NCBI GenBank assembly: GCA_030037225.1
Contig: JASHRU010000403.1
Span: 1 to 50,844, forward strand
DNA length: 50,844 bases
Reading direction: 5' to 3'
Source: Candidatus Acidiferrales bacterium
GTDB taxonomy: Bacteria > Acidobacteriota > Terriglobia > Acidiferrales > UBA7541
In this document: positions 9,432 to 20,094 of the stretch, piece after piece
Layout: the number at the start of each line of letters is the position of its first letter
How positions within the stretch are numbered: the first letter of the stretch is position 1
Notes under the pieces: generated by a model
Told to the model about the DNA's origin: nothing
Seen by the model: only the letters and a program-made list of their open reading frames with translations
Database searches by the model: none
Translations under genes and position numbers: made by a program

Positions 9432-10921
9432 ACTTCGATATTACTTCCAACCGCCGGGTTGGTCCCGACCTCCTGCTCACCCTTCCGGTGCTGCTGTTGG
9501 TTGTTTTTGCCCTGCCCTGGATCGCGTTCCGTGTGGCCTACCAGCAGTATATGCCTTTGATTGCGGGCGTGTTTATCGTCGCCGACATTTGTTTCACGTT
9601 CGCCTGGTGGCGGGCTTCCGTCTATCTCTTCGCCTTCTATGTTCTGGTCGAAGGCTTTTTGATTAACGCTTACGGCTCTACGGCGCTCAATCTGTTGAAG
9701 GACGCGCAGCTCCTTCTCATCTTCTTCCGCCTGGCCGTTGCCCTGATCGCGCGGCGCATGTTCCCCGTCCCGCACACTGGTTGGGTGGTTCCCTTCTTTG
9801 GCTTCGCCGTGTATTACACCGCGGAAATCTTCAATCCGCTCCTACCCACAATCCTGGTTGGCTTGATCGGGGCACGAGTCACCCTCCTGTTCTTCCTCTG
9901 TTTCATCGTGGGCTACTGGTTTTTCGACGACCGGGAGCAGGTGATCCGCTTCCTGCGCTTCCAGAACTGGATAAGCATTCCCATAGCCATCTTTGGAGTG
10001 GTCCAATACTTCACTGGTCCTGAATTGTTGTTGCGCATCTCTCCGGGTTTTCAGCGTGCTATTTTTTACGCGAACGACCCGAAGCATCCCGAAATGGGAT
10101 TTTACTTCCGCACCATCTCCACGTTTGCATCTACGGCCGGACTTTCGCAATTCCTCTGGGTGGCTGCGATGCTTTCCATTGCGCTGATGATGATTTCGCC
10201 CCGGCCGATGGACAAGATAATGACGCGCGTGGCGCTGTTGGCGCAGGCCTGCGGAACGCTCAGCACGGGCGGCCGCGGCCCGTTCATCCTGCTTTTCGTC
10301 TCCTTGTTCCTGGCCTTCGGCCTGATGGGCCGCGTGCGGCAAGCGATCATGCCCTCGCTGTTCATCGTTGCTTGCTTGTTCGCTTCTCTGCTTTTCTTGG
10401 GGCCGACCGTGCAAGCGCGATTCGCCAGTATCTTCGACATGGAAATGGTACGCGACCGGAACATGGCGCTCGCCGTAGGCGAATTTGAAGCCGCCGGGGA
10501 CTCGCCCATTGTGGGACTCGGTGCGGGAATAGGATGCGCGGCCTCCAACCGTCTCGAATCCACGAGCGTGGCCGTCGTCGGCTCGGAGAACCAGTTTGCG
10601 CGTATCCGGAACGAATGCGGACTGGCCGGACTCGCGCTGTTCAGTGTCTTTACGGCCGGACTCTTGCTGGAGACCTACCGGCAGGCCCGCGCCCTCCGGG
10701 ACCACGATCTGAAAGTCATCGGATGCGTCGTGGCCAGTTTCTGCATAACCAACATTCTGACCTTTCCCATCGGCCAGCCGCTCGATATACCGCCGATGAA
10801 TTTCTATTTCTGGTTCTTTCTGGGCCTGCTAGCCGCCTTGCTGCGGATCCAGGCCACAGAGAACGCCGCTGGAATTCAGCCGGCTCCCGCCGCACGTTCA
10901 TTCTGGAGCTTCGAGCGCTGA
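9428..10921 (+). CDS. Wzy O-antigen polymerase / O-antigen ligase-like membrane protein
   Basis: About 12 TMs, RTISTF, STGGRG, PIVGLGAG, SENQFAR..ECGLAG and YFWFFLG patterns typical of Wzy_C/WaaL-like proteins. Confidence 0.75.
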   Translation: MNFDITSNRRVGPDLLLTLPVLLLVVFALPWIAFRVAYQQYMPLIAGVFIVADICFTFAWWRASVYLFAFYVLVEGFLINAYGSTALNLLKDAQLLLIFFRLAVALIARRMFPVPHTGWVVPFFGFAVYYTAEIFNPLLPTILVGLIGARVTLLFFLCFIVGYWFFDDREQVIRFLRFQNWISIPIAIFGVVQYFTGPELLLRISPGFQRAIFYANDPKHPEMGFYFRTISTFASTAGLSQFLWVAAMLSIALMMISPRPMDKIMTRVALLAQACGTLSTGGRGPFILLFVSLFLAFGLMGRVRQAIMPSLFIVACLFASLLFLGPTVQARFASIFDMEMVRDRNMALAVGEFEAAGDSPIVGLGAGIGCAASNRLESTSVAVVGSENQFARIRNECGLAGLALFSVFTAGLLLETYRQARALRDHDLKVIGCVVASFCITNILTFPIGQPLDIPPMNFYFWFFLGLLAALLRIQATENAAGIQPAPAARSFWSFER

Positions 10922-10927
10922 GCCTCC

Positions 10928-12496
10928 ATGGACGCTGCACAGAATAAAGCCCTCGACACTCTGGTCATTGTCATGGTTCTGCTCGGCCTGGGAATGGCGA
11001 TGATGATTTCGAATCGCTGGTTTACTTTCATTGACGATGAAATTGCCATGCTTCTGGACGCCACGATTCCAGCTCAGCAGACCATCCACTCTTTCACCGA
11101 CGGCACCGGCTTGCACCGCCATCCCCCCCTGTACGACCTGCTGCTTGCCGGATGGCTGCGTTTGAGCGGAGGCCGCGTCAGCCTGCTGCGCGTGCCGGCC
11201 ATCATCTTCTACCTGCTCGGACTGTGGTTTACGGTTCAGGCCGCGAGGTGGATCGCGGGTGTGGCAGCCGCGCGTGCCGCCCTGTGGATCGGCGTGGTGT
11301 TTCCCTACGGATTTCACTTCGGAAGGATCGCCGGGTGGTATTCGTTTTCCTTCCTTACCCTCGCGCTGCTCACCTTTGCCTATCTCTGGATGGAAGCGAA
11401 GCCGGCATGGGGGCGCTGGGTGTTGCTTGTTGTTGCCTGCGAGTTGGCTGTTTATACGAACTATTTCCTGGCCGTTCTAATCGGACTCCTGGCCCTCGAT
11501 TACTGGATCCGCCACAGTGGTGATGCGAAGCCTGTGGCCGCGGCAGGCGCGACTGTAATTGTCATTCTGCTCGGGTTCCTGCCCTTGCTTCGTGCGTTGT
11601 TGTTCCGCCTCTTCGCGGATCAGGGCATTCTGCGGCCTGTTTATTCGGGGCTGGCCACGATGTTCTTCTGCGGTTACAACGTGTATACGCTCTTCGTCAG
11701 CGAATCGGTTGCCCCCTGGTTCTGGTATTTCAGCATTCCGGCGCTCGCGGCCATCGCCTACTGCTCCGTTCTCCTTTTGCGCCACGGCCCGCCGGCAGCA
11801 CGGCGCCTGTTCCTCGGTTTTCTGCTCTGCACCTTGGCGATGACGCTGCTGAATCTGATTAACACCAAGCGACTGTTGTTCCTTTCGCCGTGGCTTTTGA
11901 TTTCTCTGGCCGCGATGCTCGGCAGCCTTCCCCGACCTGTTCTTCGGAAAGGCGCAATCCTGGCGCTCGGCCTAGTCGGCGCTATTGGGTGGTTTGGAAT
12001 TCTTTCGCGCCGCTATTACGCGGCGCCCCGGCTCATCGAGCCGTGGGAACCGGTTGCCGAACGGGCTGCCGGAGAGGTAAGGAAGGGCGCAGTGTTGATT
12101 GGCAACAATCCATCGTTCTTTTTCTACCTGACGAATGCGATCCGCTCTCCGGGCGAATCAGGATCGGGTGAGTTTGTTGGCTCTTACCCTGTATGGCTGA
12201 GCCATCCCCAATTGTTTGATCCCATCCAGTGGCTCCAAGCGGGACAGGTGTACGGCCCGACTACCCTCTTAGTCAAGGGCGCTACCGACGAGGCGTACTG
12301 GGGATCCACGGCTGCTACAGAGGCAGCGCTCGACGAGAACTGCCATCTCGACGCAGTTGAACGGAAAATGGCAGACACCGGCTTCGCATGGAAGCAGCGC
12401 TGGTTTGCAGATGCGCGTCAACCTGCCTGGCGGATCGAGGTACGTACTTACCAGTGCCCCAGCGCAAGCAGAACCGCTGCGAAACTGAACAATTGA
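10928..12496 (+). CDS. GT-C fold (PMT/mannosyltransferase-like) membrane glycosyltransferase
   Basis: FIDDE after TM1, HPPLYDLLL, LLRVP, YTNYF, multiple TMs and a C-terminal soluble domain. Confidence 0.75.
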   Translation: MDAAQNKALDTLVIVMVLLGLGMAMMISNRWFTFIDDEIAMLLDATIPAQQTIHSFTDGTGLHRHPPLYDLLLAGWLRLSGGRVSLLRVPAIIFYLLGLWFTVQAARWIAGVAAARAALWIGVVFPYGFHFGRIAGWYSFSFLTLALLTFAYLWMEAKPAWGRWVLLVVACELAVYTNYFLAVLIGLLALDYWIRHSGDAKPVAAAGATVIVILLGFLPLLRALLFRLFADQGILRPVYSGLATMFFCGYNVYTLFVSESVAPWFWYFSIPALAAIAYCSVLLLRHGPPAARRLFLGFLLCTLAMTLLNLINTKRLLFLSPWLLISLAAMLGSLPRPVLRKGAILALGLVGAIGWFGILSRRYYAAPRLIEPWEPVAERAAGEVRKGAVLIGNNPSFFFYLTNAIRSPGESGSGEFVGSYPVWLSHPQLFDPIQWLQAGQVYGPTTLLVKGATDEAYWGSTAATEAALDENCHLDAVERKMADTGFAWKQRWFADARQPAWRIEVRTYQCPSASRTAAKLNN

Positions 12497-12515
12497 TTTC
12501 AATGAGCCTTGCGAA

Positions 12516-13733
12516 ATGCCAAAACTGACTCCGGCGATTCCGCAGCGTGCGCTCCGGGTGCTGTTCGTCCAGAGCACTACAGAGGTCGGCGGCGCGGAGG
12601 TGGCGTTGTTGACCATGCTTCAAAACATGGAGCGATCCGCCGTCGAACCCCTTGTTGCCTCTCTCGGTTTTGGAGAAGGCCTCCTGCCCGAACGAATCGA
12701 GCGCATGGGCATACCCATTTTCCATCTTCCTCGAGGACGATTTCGCAATGTGGCGAGCACAGCGGCCAAGATTCGTGCGCTGCACAAGCTAATCCGCAAG
12801 CAGGGGGTAGACGTTGTGGTGAGCAATGGCGGCCACGCAAACCTGTTTGCTCGTCCGGCGGCGAGTCTGGCGCGGCGTCCCTGCGCTTGGTGGGTTCACG
12901 GTTACACGCAGGCTTCCCTTCCGGAAGGCAGGATCCCCATCGCTCGTGCCGAGCGCCTGCTTGCAGCGGACGCGCTCTATGCAAACTCTACGTTTACAGC
13001 AGGCTTGCTGGCCCGTGATTTCCCCGGCCATCCATGCATCCGCCTGGTGCGTTACGGAGTGGATCTCAAGAGATTTCGTCCGAATCCTTCAGCCGGCGCC
13101 AGGGTTCGCAACGAAGAAAGGATTCCGGCTGACCAACTGCTTATCGGCATCTTCGGGCGTTTGCAGCATTGGAAGGGCCAGCACATTTTCCTTCGCGCCG
13201 CGGGTTTGATGGCCGGCCGCGGCACGCGGTTCATGGCTGTGGTGGTGGGCGGCTCTTTGTTCGGGCTCGAGCCGCAATATGCCGATGAGCTCCGACGCAT
13301 GGCAGATGAGCCACTGCTGGCCGGCCGGGTACGATTTCTGGGGAACCGCTCAAATCCTGAGGATTGGATGAACGCCTGCGATGTGGTGGTGCACGCGTCC
13401 GTCGAGCCGGAACCATGGGGGTTGGTGGTTGCGGAGGGGATGGCCTGCGGCCGGACCGTCTTGGCCTCAGCTGCTGGTGGCCCGCTGGAGATGATTGACC
13501 ACAAACGAACCGGTTGGCTCTCCGCCCCGGGAGACGAAGTGGCAATGGCCGCTTGGTTGGAAATCCTGCTCGCAAACTCCGCACTGCGGGAGGGGCTCGG
13601 CGCGGCCGCCCGGCGGCACGCCGAAGAAGAATTTGAACCCCGTCGCGCAGCGGCTGTGTTCTCCACCGAGCTGTGGCGGTTGTGGGCAACAAGGATTGAA
13701 AGTATGCAAATGTTGACGGAGCCGGTGCCGTGA
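12516..13733 (+). CDS. Glycosyltransferase family 4
   Basis: GGAE, GRLQHWKGQ, EPWGLVVAEGMACG (EX7E). Confidence 0.92.
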   Translation: MPKLTPAIPQRALRVLFVQSTTEVGGAEVALLTMLQNMERSAVEPLVASLGFGEGLLPERIERMGIPIFHLPRGRFRNVASTAAKIRALHKLIRKQGVDVVVSNGGHANLFARPAASLARRPCAWWVHGYTQASLPEGRIPIARAERLLAADALYANSTFTAGLLARDFPGHPCIRLVRYGVDLKRFRPNPSAGARVRNEERIPADQLLIGIFGRLQHWKGQHIFLRAAGLMAGRGTRFMAVVVGGSLFGLEPQYADELRRMADEPLLAGRVRFLGNRSNPEDWMNACDVVVHASVEPEPWGLVVAEGMACGRTVLASAAGGPLEMIDHKRTGWLSAPGDEVAMAAWLEILLANSALREGLGAAARRHAEEEFEPRRAAAVFSTELWRLWATRIESMQMLTEPVP

Positions 13734-14488
13734 AGCCGCAAAGCCTCACACTGGATGACGAACGCCCGCGTCCTGACGGGCCGGACCGCGTCTCCTACCA
13801 CCACCACTTGGCTCGTTATCGCTTCGCGTTCAAAAACATGAAGGGTGGCGAACGCGTGCTCGACGCCGGTTGCGGCACGGGTTACGGTTCACGGCTGCTG
13901 CGCGAGAAGGCAGACTCAGTTGTGGGAATCGACAACTCACCTCTGGCTGTCGGGTATGCGCATGAGCAATTCGCCGGTCCAGGTGTGCGGTTTGCGCGCA
14001 TGGATTGTCAACGCCTGGCCTTTCCTTCGTCCCGCTTCGATTTGATCGTTTGTTTCGAAGTCTTCGAACACCTGGAAAACCACGATGACTTCTTGAACGA
14101 ATGCCTCCGCGTCCTCGGTCCCCGGGGAACGCTGATTCTCTCCACTCCAAACGTGGTAACCGCAGACTTGCACATGAAGTCAATCGGCCAGTCGAATCCC
14201 TTTCACATCAATATGCTGGATCTTTCCACTTTTCGCCGGGTCTTGAATCGGCACTTCCGCGATGTCCAGATGTTTGGCCAGCGCCGGCGGGGCAACCGGC
14301 TCTATTCCGCGCTGCGTGCGTTGGATGTGTTCAATTTCCGGCTACGCCTGCTGGGCAATGGGCAGCGCGAGCGCCTCCAGCAGGCGTTTGAAGTGCCAGT
14401 GGGCGAGGCCGCCGTGCCTGATCACTGGGTGATCGAACGCTCTCAACTTCGCCAGGCTAATCAGTTCGTTGCCATCTGCATGAGGTAG
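13730..14488 (+). CDS. Class I SAM-dependent methyltransferase
   Basis: HLARYRFA, VLDAGCGTGYG, FDLIVCFEVFEH, LSTPN. Confidence 0.92.
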   Translation: MKPQSLTLDDERPRPDGPDRVSYHHHLARYRFAFKNMKGGERVLDAGCGTGYGSRLLREKADSVVGIDNSPLAVGYAHEQFAGPGVRFARMDCQRLAFPSSRFDLIVCFEVFEHLENHDDFLNECLRVLGPRGTLILSTPNVVTADLHMKSIGQSNPFHINMLDLSTFRRVLNRHFRDVQMFGQRRRGNRLYSALRALDVFNFRLRLLGNGQRERLQQAFEVPVGEAAVPDHWVIERSQLRQANQFVAICMR

Positions 14489-14491
14489 CTC

Positions 14492-15742
14492 GTGGCCGCC
14501 GCAACCGCCTCTGGTCTCCAAACTGCTGAGCTTCAGCTGGGCAGTGGCCTCCGCATCGCCGTTGTGACACCCGAGTTCTATCCCACGGGTGGCACAGAGC
14601 GCGTCACCCGTGCGCTCCTTCAAGCGCTCGCGCGTGACCACGAGGTGTGTCTGTACTCTCACTTGTCGAGCGGCAAGGCGGATACCCAGATCTGCCATCA
14701 TCCTGTGCCGGTCCTGCCGGGACCGGGACTTGCCCGCCAGCTCAGCTTCTTCGCGGCAGCCTCGCTGGCTGTCTGGAAAGGCGAGCGGCGCCATGGCGCG
14801 TACGATTGCGTGTATTCGCCCGGCCCGAACTGCGCGCAAGTCCACGTCTCAACGGCCCATTTCTGCCAGGCGCGCCAGCGCGACCTGCTCCGCAGCGGGC
14901 GTTTCCAGCCTGCAGCAGCCACTTTAGATGACCGTCTGCGTCGCTGGCATCGCGCGCTCTACGCGAACTGGTATTCTCAGCTCGAAAATTGGTTCTACGC
15001 CTCGCGCCGGCTCGAAAAAGTCATTTGTCCCGCCGAGGTCGTCCGCCGCGACCTGATCGATTGCTACCGCGCCTCGCCCGACCGCCTCGTAGTTGCTCAC
15101 TCGGGTGTGGATACGTCCAGTTTCAATCAGGAGCGCCGCGGCCGGCTGCGCAATTCCGTCCGCAATGAACTGGGACTCGCACACGGCGATTTTTGCTTTC
15201 TCTTTGTGGGCACGGACTGGGTCAGAAAATGCCTGGTCACCGTTCTGGACGCCCTCGCTGGGGTTCCCGAGGCGTTGCTCTACGCCGTCGGCCCTTATGA
15301 TCCGGAGCCCTACCGGCGTTACGCGGCACGCGCAGGTGTGGCTGGACGCGTACGCTTTCCGCCTCGCCGCGCCGACATTATTTCCTACTACGCCGCGGCG
15401 GATGCCGTCGTGGCCCCGTCGTTCTACGAACCGTTCGGCCTGGTTCCGCTGGAAGCCGCGGCTTGTGGCGTTCCGTCCATCATCACACGGCAGATGGGAG
15501 TAGCTGAAGTCTTGGACGGCGAGAGCGCTATCGTGCTGAACGACCCGGCCGATTCCGCAGCACTGGCTCGGGCCATGCGCCGACTGATGGACGACGCGGA
15601 TCTGCGTCAGCGGCTCGTATCCCATGGCGAACTACGCGCACGGATGAGCCCTTGGGACGGCATCAATCGCTCTACTCTGGAAGCCATTCGGGACTCTGCC
15701 TCGCGACGGAAGGCTGCCGCGCGACAGGCCGCGCCGGCATGA
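14492..15742 (+). CDS. Glycosyltransferase family 4 (WaaG-like)
   Basis: GGTER, FVGTDWVRK, EPFGLVPLEAAACG. Confidence 0.9.
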   Translation: MAAATASGLQTAELQLGSGLRIAVVTPEFYPTGGTERVTRALLQALARDHEVCLYSHLSSGKADTQICHHPVPVLPGPGLARQLSFFAAASLAVWKGERRHGAYDCVYSPGPNCAQVHVSTAHFCQARQRDLLRSGRFQPAAATLDDRLRRWHRALYANWYSQLENWFYASRRLEKVICPAEVVRRDLIDCYRASPDRLVVAHSGVDTSSFNQERRGRLRNSVRNELGLAHGDFCFLFVGTDWVRKCLVTVLDALAGVPEALLYAVGPYDPEPYRRYAARAGVAGRVRFPPRRADIISYYAAADAVVAPSFYEPFGLVPLEAAACGVPSIITRQMGVAEVLDGESAIVLNDPADSAALARAMRRLMDDADLRQRLVSHGELRARMSPWDGINRSTLEAIRDSASRRKAAARQAAPA

Positions 15743-16953
15743 GCCGCGAACATCAGCGCCGTCTGCGGGTATTTCTCGTAGGTACCGAATTTTTCCGTGG
15801 CTACGGCGGAATTCAATACGTCAATCGTCTGCTCGTCGATGCCCTCTCTGAATTTGCCGTCCGGACTCCGCTCCGACTCGACACTTTCAGCTACATGGAC
15901 GGCCCCGAGCATTTTCCTGCCAGGATGGCCGGCGACGCTTGCGTGCGCTGGCACGGAGGAGAACGCAGCCGCCGCCGGCTGGCCTGGCGTTTAGCCAAGA
16001 AGCTCGCTTCGGAACAACCCCATTTTGTGCTCTTCACCCATGTATCGCTCCTGCCTCTCGTGGGAGCAGTGCGCGCTCTCTGCCCGGCGGCTCGTGTGGC
16101 ATTGCTCGCGCACGGTACGGAGGTCTGGCAACCGCTGGCGGGGCGCATCGCAAGGTGTCTCGCGCACGTAGACTCCCTAGTGGCTCCCAGCGCCTTCACC
16201 GCGCAGAAGCTCGCAGACGTTCAGGGCATTTCTCCCGAACGCATCACGGTCATCCCGCATGGGCTTGACCCCGATTGGGTGCGCGAATCGACTGGCATCT
16301 CCGTGGCCTGCGCTCCCGAATCAGGCTCTTCCGGCCCTCTGCTGCTTAGCGTTACGCGGCTCAGCCGCGCGGATCGCGAGGGAAAAGGCATCGACTTGGT
16401 GTTGCAAGCTCTACCTGCCGTCGTCGCCCAATTTCCGAACCTCCACTACCGAGTCGTCGGTGGTGGTGGCGATCTCCAGCGCTTGGCCGAACTCGTCCGC
16501 AGTCTCGGATTCGAAGGGCGAACCGAACTCCCCGGCGCCCGCCGCAGCGATGTCCTCCAGCAATCCTACGCGCACGCCGATGTCTTCGTACTGCCCACCC
16601 AGGTCGAGGGTTTCGGCATCGTTTTCCTCGAGGCCATGTACCACCGTCTGCCAATCGTAGCCGTGCATGCCGCAGCGGCTCCCGAAGTGGTCGAAGATGG
16701 CGTCACTGGCATTCTCGTCAGTCCTGGCCGCGCCGACCAACTTGCCGCGGCTCTCATCGCTTTGCTCTCCAACGAGGATCGCCGCCACGCCATGGGTGAG
16801 GCGGGTCGCCGCCGCGTCGAGCAGATGTACTGCTTCGAACATTTCGCCGCGCGCTGGGAGCGCTGGCTGGTCGCCCAGGTGCCCGAGGCGCTCTATGTGG
16901 CTCGGCAGTTGAGTGCTTTCACGGCGGCGCGTGCCGCGGCGGGAGCGGCCTGA
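15739..16953 (+). CDS. Glycosyltransferase family 4 (PimB-like)
   Basis: Start placed at the ATGA overlap at 15739. GGIQ, AHGTE, KGID, EGFGIVFLEAM. Confidence 0.9.
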   Translation: MSREHQRRLRVFLVGTEFFRGYGGIQYVNRLLVDALSEFAVRTPLRLDTFSYMDGPEHFPARMAGDACVRWHGGERSRRRLAWRLAKKLASEQPHFVLFTHVSLLPLVGAVRALCPAARVALLAHGTEVWQPLAGRIARCLAHVDSLVAPSAFTAQKLADVQGISPERITVIPHGLDPDWVRESTGISVACAPESGSSGPLLLSVTRLSRADREGKGIDLVLQALPAVVAQFPNLHYRVVGGGGDLQRLAELVRSLGFEGRTELPGARRSDVLQQSYAHADVFVLPTQVEGFGIVFLEAMYHRLPIVAVHAAAAPEVVEDGVTGILVSPGRADQLAAALIALLSNEDRRHAMGEAGRRRVEQMYCFEHFAARWERWLVAQVPEALYVARQLSAFTAARAAAGAA

Positions 16954-16955
16954 GT

Positions 16956-18848
16956 ATGTGCGGCATCTGTGGATGGTGGGAGGAGCGCGACGCGGGGCGG
17001 CAGGAGCCACTGAACGCGATGCTGCGCCAGATGATCCCGCGCGGCCCCGACGATGAAGGCTCCGCAGAGTTCCGACCGCATGCCGGAGGGCGCCTTCGGA
17101 TTGGCGCGCGGCGCTTGGCCATCCAAGACCTTTCACCGGCTGGCCATCAGCCCATGATCGATCCGGTTACCGGCTCCTCGCTAGTCTTCAACGGCGAAAT
17201 CTTCAATTTCGCAGAGCTTCGAGGCGAGCTCGTCGCCCGCGGGCATCAGTTCCGGTCGGAAGGCGACACGGAAGTAATCCTGGTCGGCTACCGCGAGTGG
17301 GGCGAAGGCGTGATCGCGCGGCTGCGCGGCATGTTCGCTTTCGCACTCTGGGATCCCGCGCGGCAAACGCTTTTGATCGTCCGCGACCGGCTGGGAATAA
17401 AACCGCTTTACTATGCCGCCCTCCCGGGACGTTTTGCCTTTGCTTCGGAGCTGCGCGCGCTCCTGTCGAGCGGACTGGTCGCCCGCGAATTGGACGTCAC
17501 CGGCCTCGACACTTTCTTGAAATTCGGCGCGGTGCAGGAGCCCTCCACCATGGTGCGTGGCGTGCGCCTCCTGCCGGCCGGCTGTCTGGTGCGCTGGAAG
17601 GACAGTGCGTTCGACATCGAGCGCTATTGGGAGCTCCCTCTCGCTACGCTGCCCCTCAACGGCGACGCGCGCGTGCGCTCTGGGCGCGTGGAAGAGCTTC
17701 GTGCCGAGCTTGATGCGGCCGTGCGCATGCGGCTAATCAGCGATGTGCCTCTTGGTGTCTTTCTGAGCGGCGGCCTCGACTCCACCGTGGTCGCTGCCAT
17801 CGCTGCGCGTCACTGCACTCGGCTCAAGACGTTTACGGTGACCTTTGCCGAAGAGCAATTCGCTGAGGGCGTCAAGGCCCGGCAGGTGGCGCGCCTGATC
17901 GGTACCGAGCACCACGAGATCACCGTCTCTCAGGGCGACCTGATCGCCAACCTTCCTGCTGCCGTCGCAGCCATGGACCAGCCCACTGTGGACGGTATCA
18001 ACACCTACATGGTATCTCGCGTCACCAAGCAGGCTGGCGTCACCGTCGCGCTCTCCGGTCTCGGCGGTGACGAGCAATTTGCCGGCTATCGTAGCTTCCG
18101 CTTGGTTCCCCGCATGGAATGGACAGAGCGCGCCGTGCCGGGATGGATTCGCCGGGCCGCTGGCGGATCCATCAGCCAGTTCCTCGGTGGCAGCAGCCGT
18201 GGCCAGAAGATGACCCTCTGGCTCCGCAGTCGCGACGCCTTTCCCCACCCCTTCTACGTTTCTCGTCTCATCTTTTCTCCCGATCAGATTGCCCGCCTGC
18301 TGCGGCCAGAACGCCTGCTTGAAATCGAATTCCAGGTGTTCGGCGAGGAATTCGCCCGGCAGCAGCGGCTCATCGCACGCCACGACCCGGTCAACCGCGT
18401 CTCATGCCTCGAACTTCTCGTCTATCTTCGCAACACATTGCTGCGCGACACGGATTCGATGAGCATGGCGAATTCGCTCGAGGTGCGCGTTCCGCTTCTC
18501 GATCATCGCGTCACGGAGAAGGCCCTCGAGCTCCCGGGCCGCTGGAAGCTCGAAGGCCGCCAGCGGAAATCCCTCCTCGTGGCCGCCGCGGGGCGTGAGC
18601 TCCCGCCGAAGATCCTCCACCAACCCAAACGCGGCTTCGAATTCCCCTGGGACCAATGGCTTCGGGGCGAACTGCGTTCCTCTGTGCAGTCAGCCTTGGC
18701 CGAGCCTGGTCCCGTCCTCGAATACGCCATCAACTGGCAGGAAGTGCGCGGTATCTGGTCGGCGTTTCTCGCTGGGCGCTGTCACTGGTCGCGCGTTTGG
18801 ATGTTCTACGTTTTGCAGCACTGGGCAGCGCAAAATCTGTCTGCATGA
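16956..18848 (+). CDS. asnB: Asparagine synthase (glutamine-hydrolysing) family amidotransferase, probably glycan amidation
   Basis: N-terminal MCGICG, RRLAIQD, FNGEIFN, RDRLGIKPLYY, FLSGGLDS, SLEVRVPLLD. Confidence 0.93.
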   Translation: MCGICGWWEERDAGRQEPLNAMLRQMIPRGPDDEGSAEFRPHAGGRLRIGARRLAIQDLSPAGHQPMIDPVTGSSLVFNGEIFNFAELRGELVARGHQFRSEGDTEVILVGYREWGEGVIARLRGMFAFALWDPARQTLLIVRDRLGIKPLYYAALPGRFAFASELRALLSSGLVARELDVTGLDTFLKFGAVQEPSTMVRGVRLLPAGCLVRWKDSAFDIERYWELPLATLPLNGDARVRSGRVEELRAELDAAVRMRLISDVPLGVFLSGGLDSTVVAAIAARHCTRLKTFTVTFAEEQFAEGVKARQVARLIGTEHHEITVSQGDLIANLPAAVAAMDQPTVDGINTYMVSRVTKQAGVTVALSGLGGDEQFAGYRSFRLVPRMEWTERAVPGWIRRAAGGSISQFLGGSSRGQKMTLWLRSRDAFPHPFYVSRLIFSPDQIARLLRPERLLEIEFQVFGEEFARQQRLIARHDPVNRVSCLELLVYLRNTLLRDTDSMSMANSLEVRVPLLDHRVTEKALELPGRWKLEGRQRKSLLVAAAGRELPPKILHQPKRGFEFPWDQWLRGELRSSVQSALAEPGPVLEYAINWQEVRGIWSAFLAGRCHWSRVWMFYVLQHWAAQNLSA

Positions 18849-20050
18849 AGGTCTTGATCAACGCGGTCTCCGCGAAACTGGGTGGCGCCGCCACCTACCT
18901 CCGCAACCTCGTCCGTTCGCTCGATTCGCTCGCCGCGCCCGAGGATCACTTTGTAGTCGTCGTTCCCCCGGAGCGCGCTCGCGACATTGCTGCCGAGGGA
19001 GAACATGTGCGTATCCTCGAAAGCCGCGCGGCTTCCGGCTCCTACGCGCGCCGCTGGTGGTGGGATCAGATCAGCCTGCGCAGGCTCGTCGCGCAAGAGC
19101 GCCCCGATGTGCTGTTCAGCTCCGCAAACTTCGGCATGATTGCCTGTCCTTGCCCGCAAGCCCTGCTGGTTCGTATCCCCATCTACTTCTCACGGGAATA
19201 TTGCGAACATGTGCTGCCAGGCAAAACCGCCGCGTTTCGCGCGGAGACGGCACTCCGCCGCTGGTTCGTGTGCCGCTCCGCCCGTCACGCCGACTGCGTG
19301 GTCACGCCATCGGAAGCCATGCTCGCTGACCTGCAACGCTATGCCCGCATCCCCGAGACTAAGACCCGCGTGATTCCCTACGGTGTGCCGCGGGCAAGGC
19401 TCTCAGCTGGCGCGCTTTCGCAGCCGCCGTCCGCGCAGCCGGACCGCCCCGTTCGCGTTCTCTGGGTTTCGCACTATGCCGATCACAAAGATCTCGCCAC
19501 CCTTCTCCGCGCCGCCTCTTCGCTTCGCCAACGTGGGCGAGCGCGCGTTGATCTGTTCCTGACGCTCGAGCCTCTCCGCGACGGCGCGCAGCGAGGCCAG
19601 CACACCGAGATGCCATGGGCCGAGCAGCAGCTTCTCGCGGGCCTCGGCGACTCGGTGCGCTACTTGGGCGTTCTGCCTTACGAGCAGATCTGGGAGACCT
19701 ATCGCTACGCCGATGTGTTCGTCTTCCCGTCCCTCTGCGAGTCGTTCGGCCATCCGCTCGTGGAAGCGATGGCGGCCCGCCTGCCGGTTATCGCTTCGGA
19801 TATCCCTATTCACCGCGAGATTTGCGACGACGCGGCGCAGTATTTTCCTCCTCGCGATGCGGCGGCTCTCGCTGCCGCCTTAGAGCGCTTCGCGGGGGAC
19901 GCGATCCTGCGCGCCGAGATGGCACGGCGTGGAGCCGCCAGGGTGCGTAATTTTGTCTGGGAAGATCATGTGCTGCGGCTGCTAGCGCTCCTTCGTGAGC
20001 TCTCCGCGCAGCGCGCGGCTCGCGTGGCGGTTGCGGCGCACGTGGCCTGA
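18845..20050 (+). CDS. Glycosyltransferase family 4
   Basis: Start at the ATGA overlap at 18845 (MKVLINA...GGAATY). FVFPSLCESFGHPLVEAMA. Confidence 0.92.
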   Translation: MKVLINAVSAKLGGAATYLRNLVRSLDSLAAPEDHFVVVVPPERARDIAAEGEHVRILESRAASGSYARRWWWDQISLRRLVAQERPDVLFSSANFGMIACPCPQALLVRIPIYFSREYCEHVLPGKTAAFRAETALRRWFVCRSARHADCVVTPSEAMLADLQRYARIPETKTRVIPYGVPRARLSAGALSQPPSAQPDRPVRVLWVSHYADHKDLATLLRAASSLRQRGRARVDLFLTLEPLRDGAQRGQHTEMPWAEQQLLAGLGDSVRYLGVLPYEQIWETYRYADVFVFPSLCESFGHPLVEAMAARLPVIASDIPIHREICDDAAQYFPPRDAAALAAALERFAGDAILRAEMARRGAARVRNFVWEDHVLRLLALLRELSAQRAARVAVAAHVA

Positions 20051-20094
20051 TTCCTGATTAGCGTTCGATTGCGCAAGATCCACTCCACACAACA

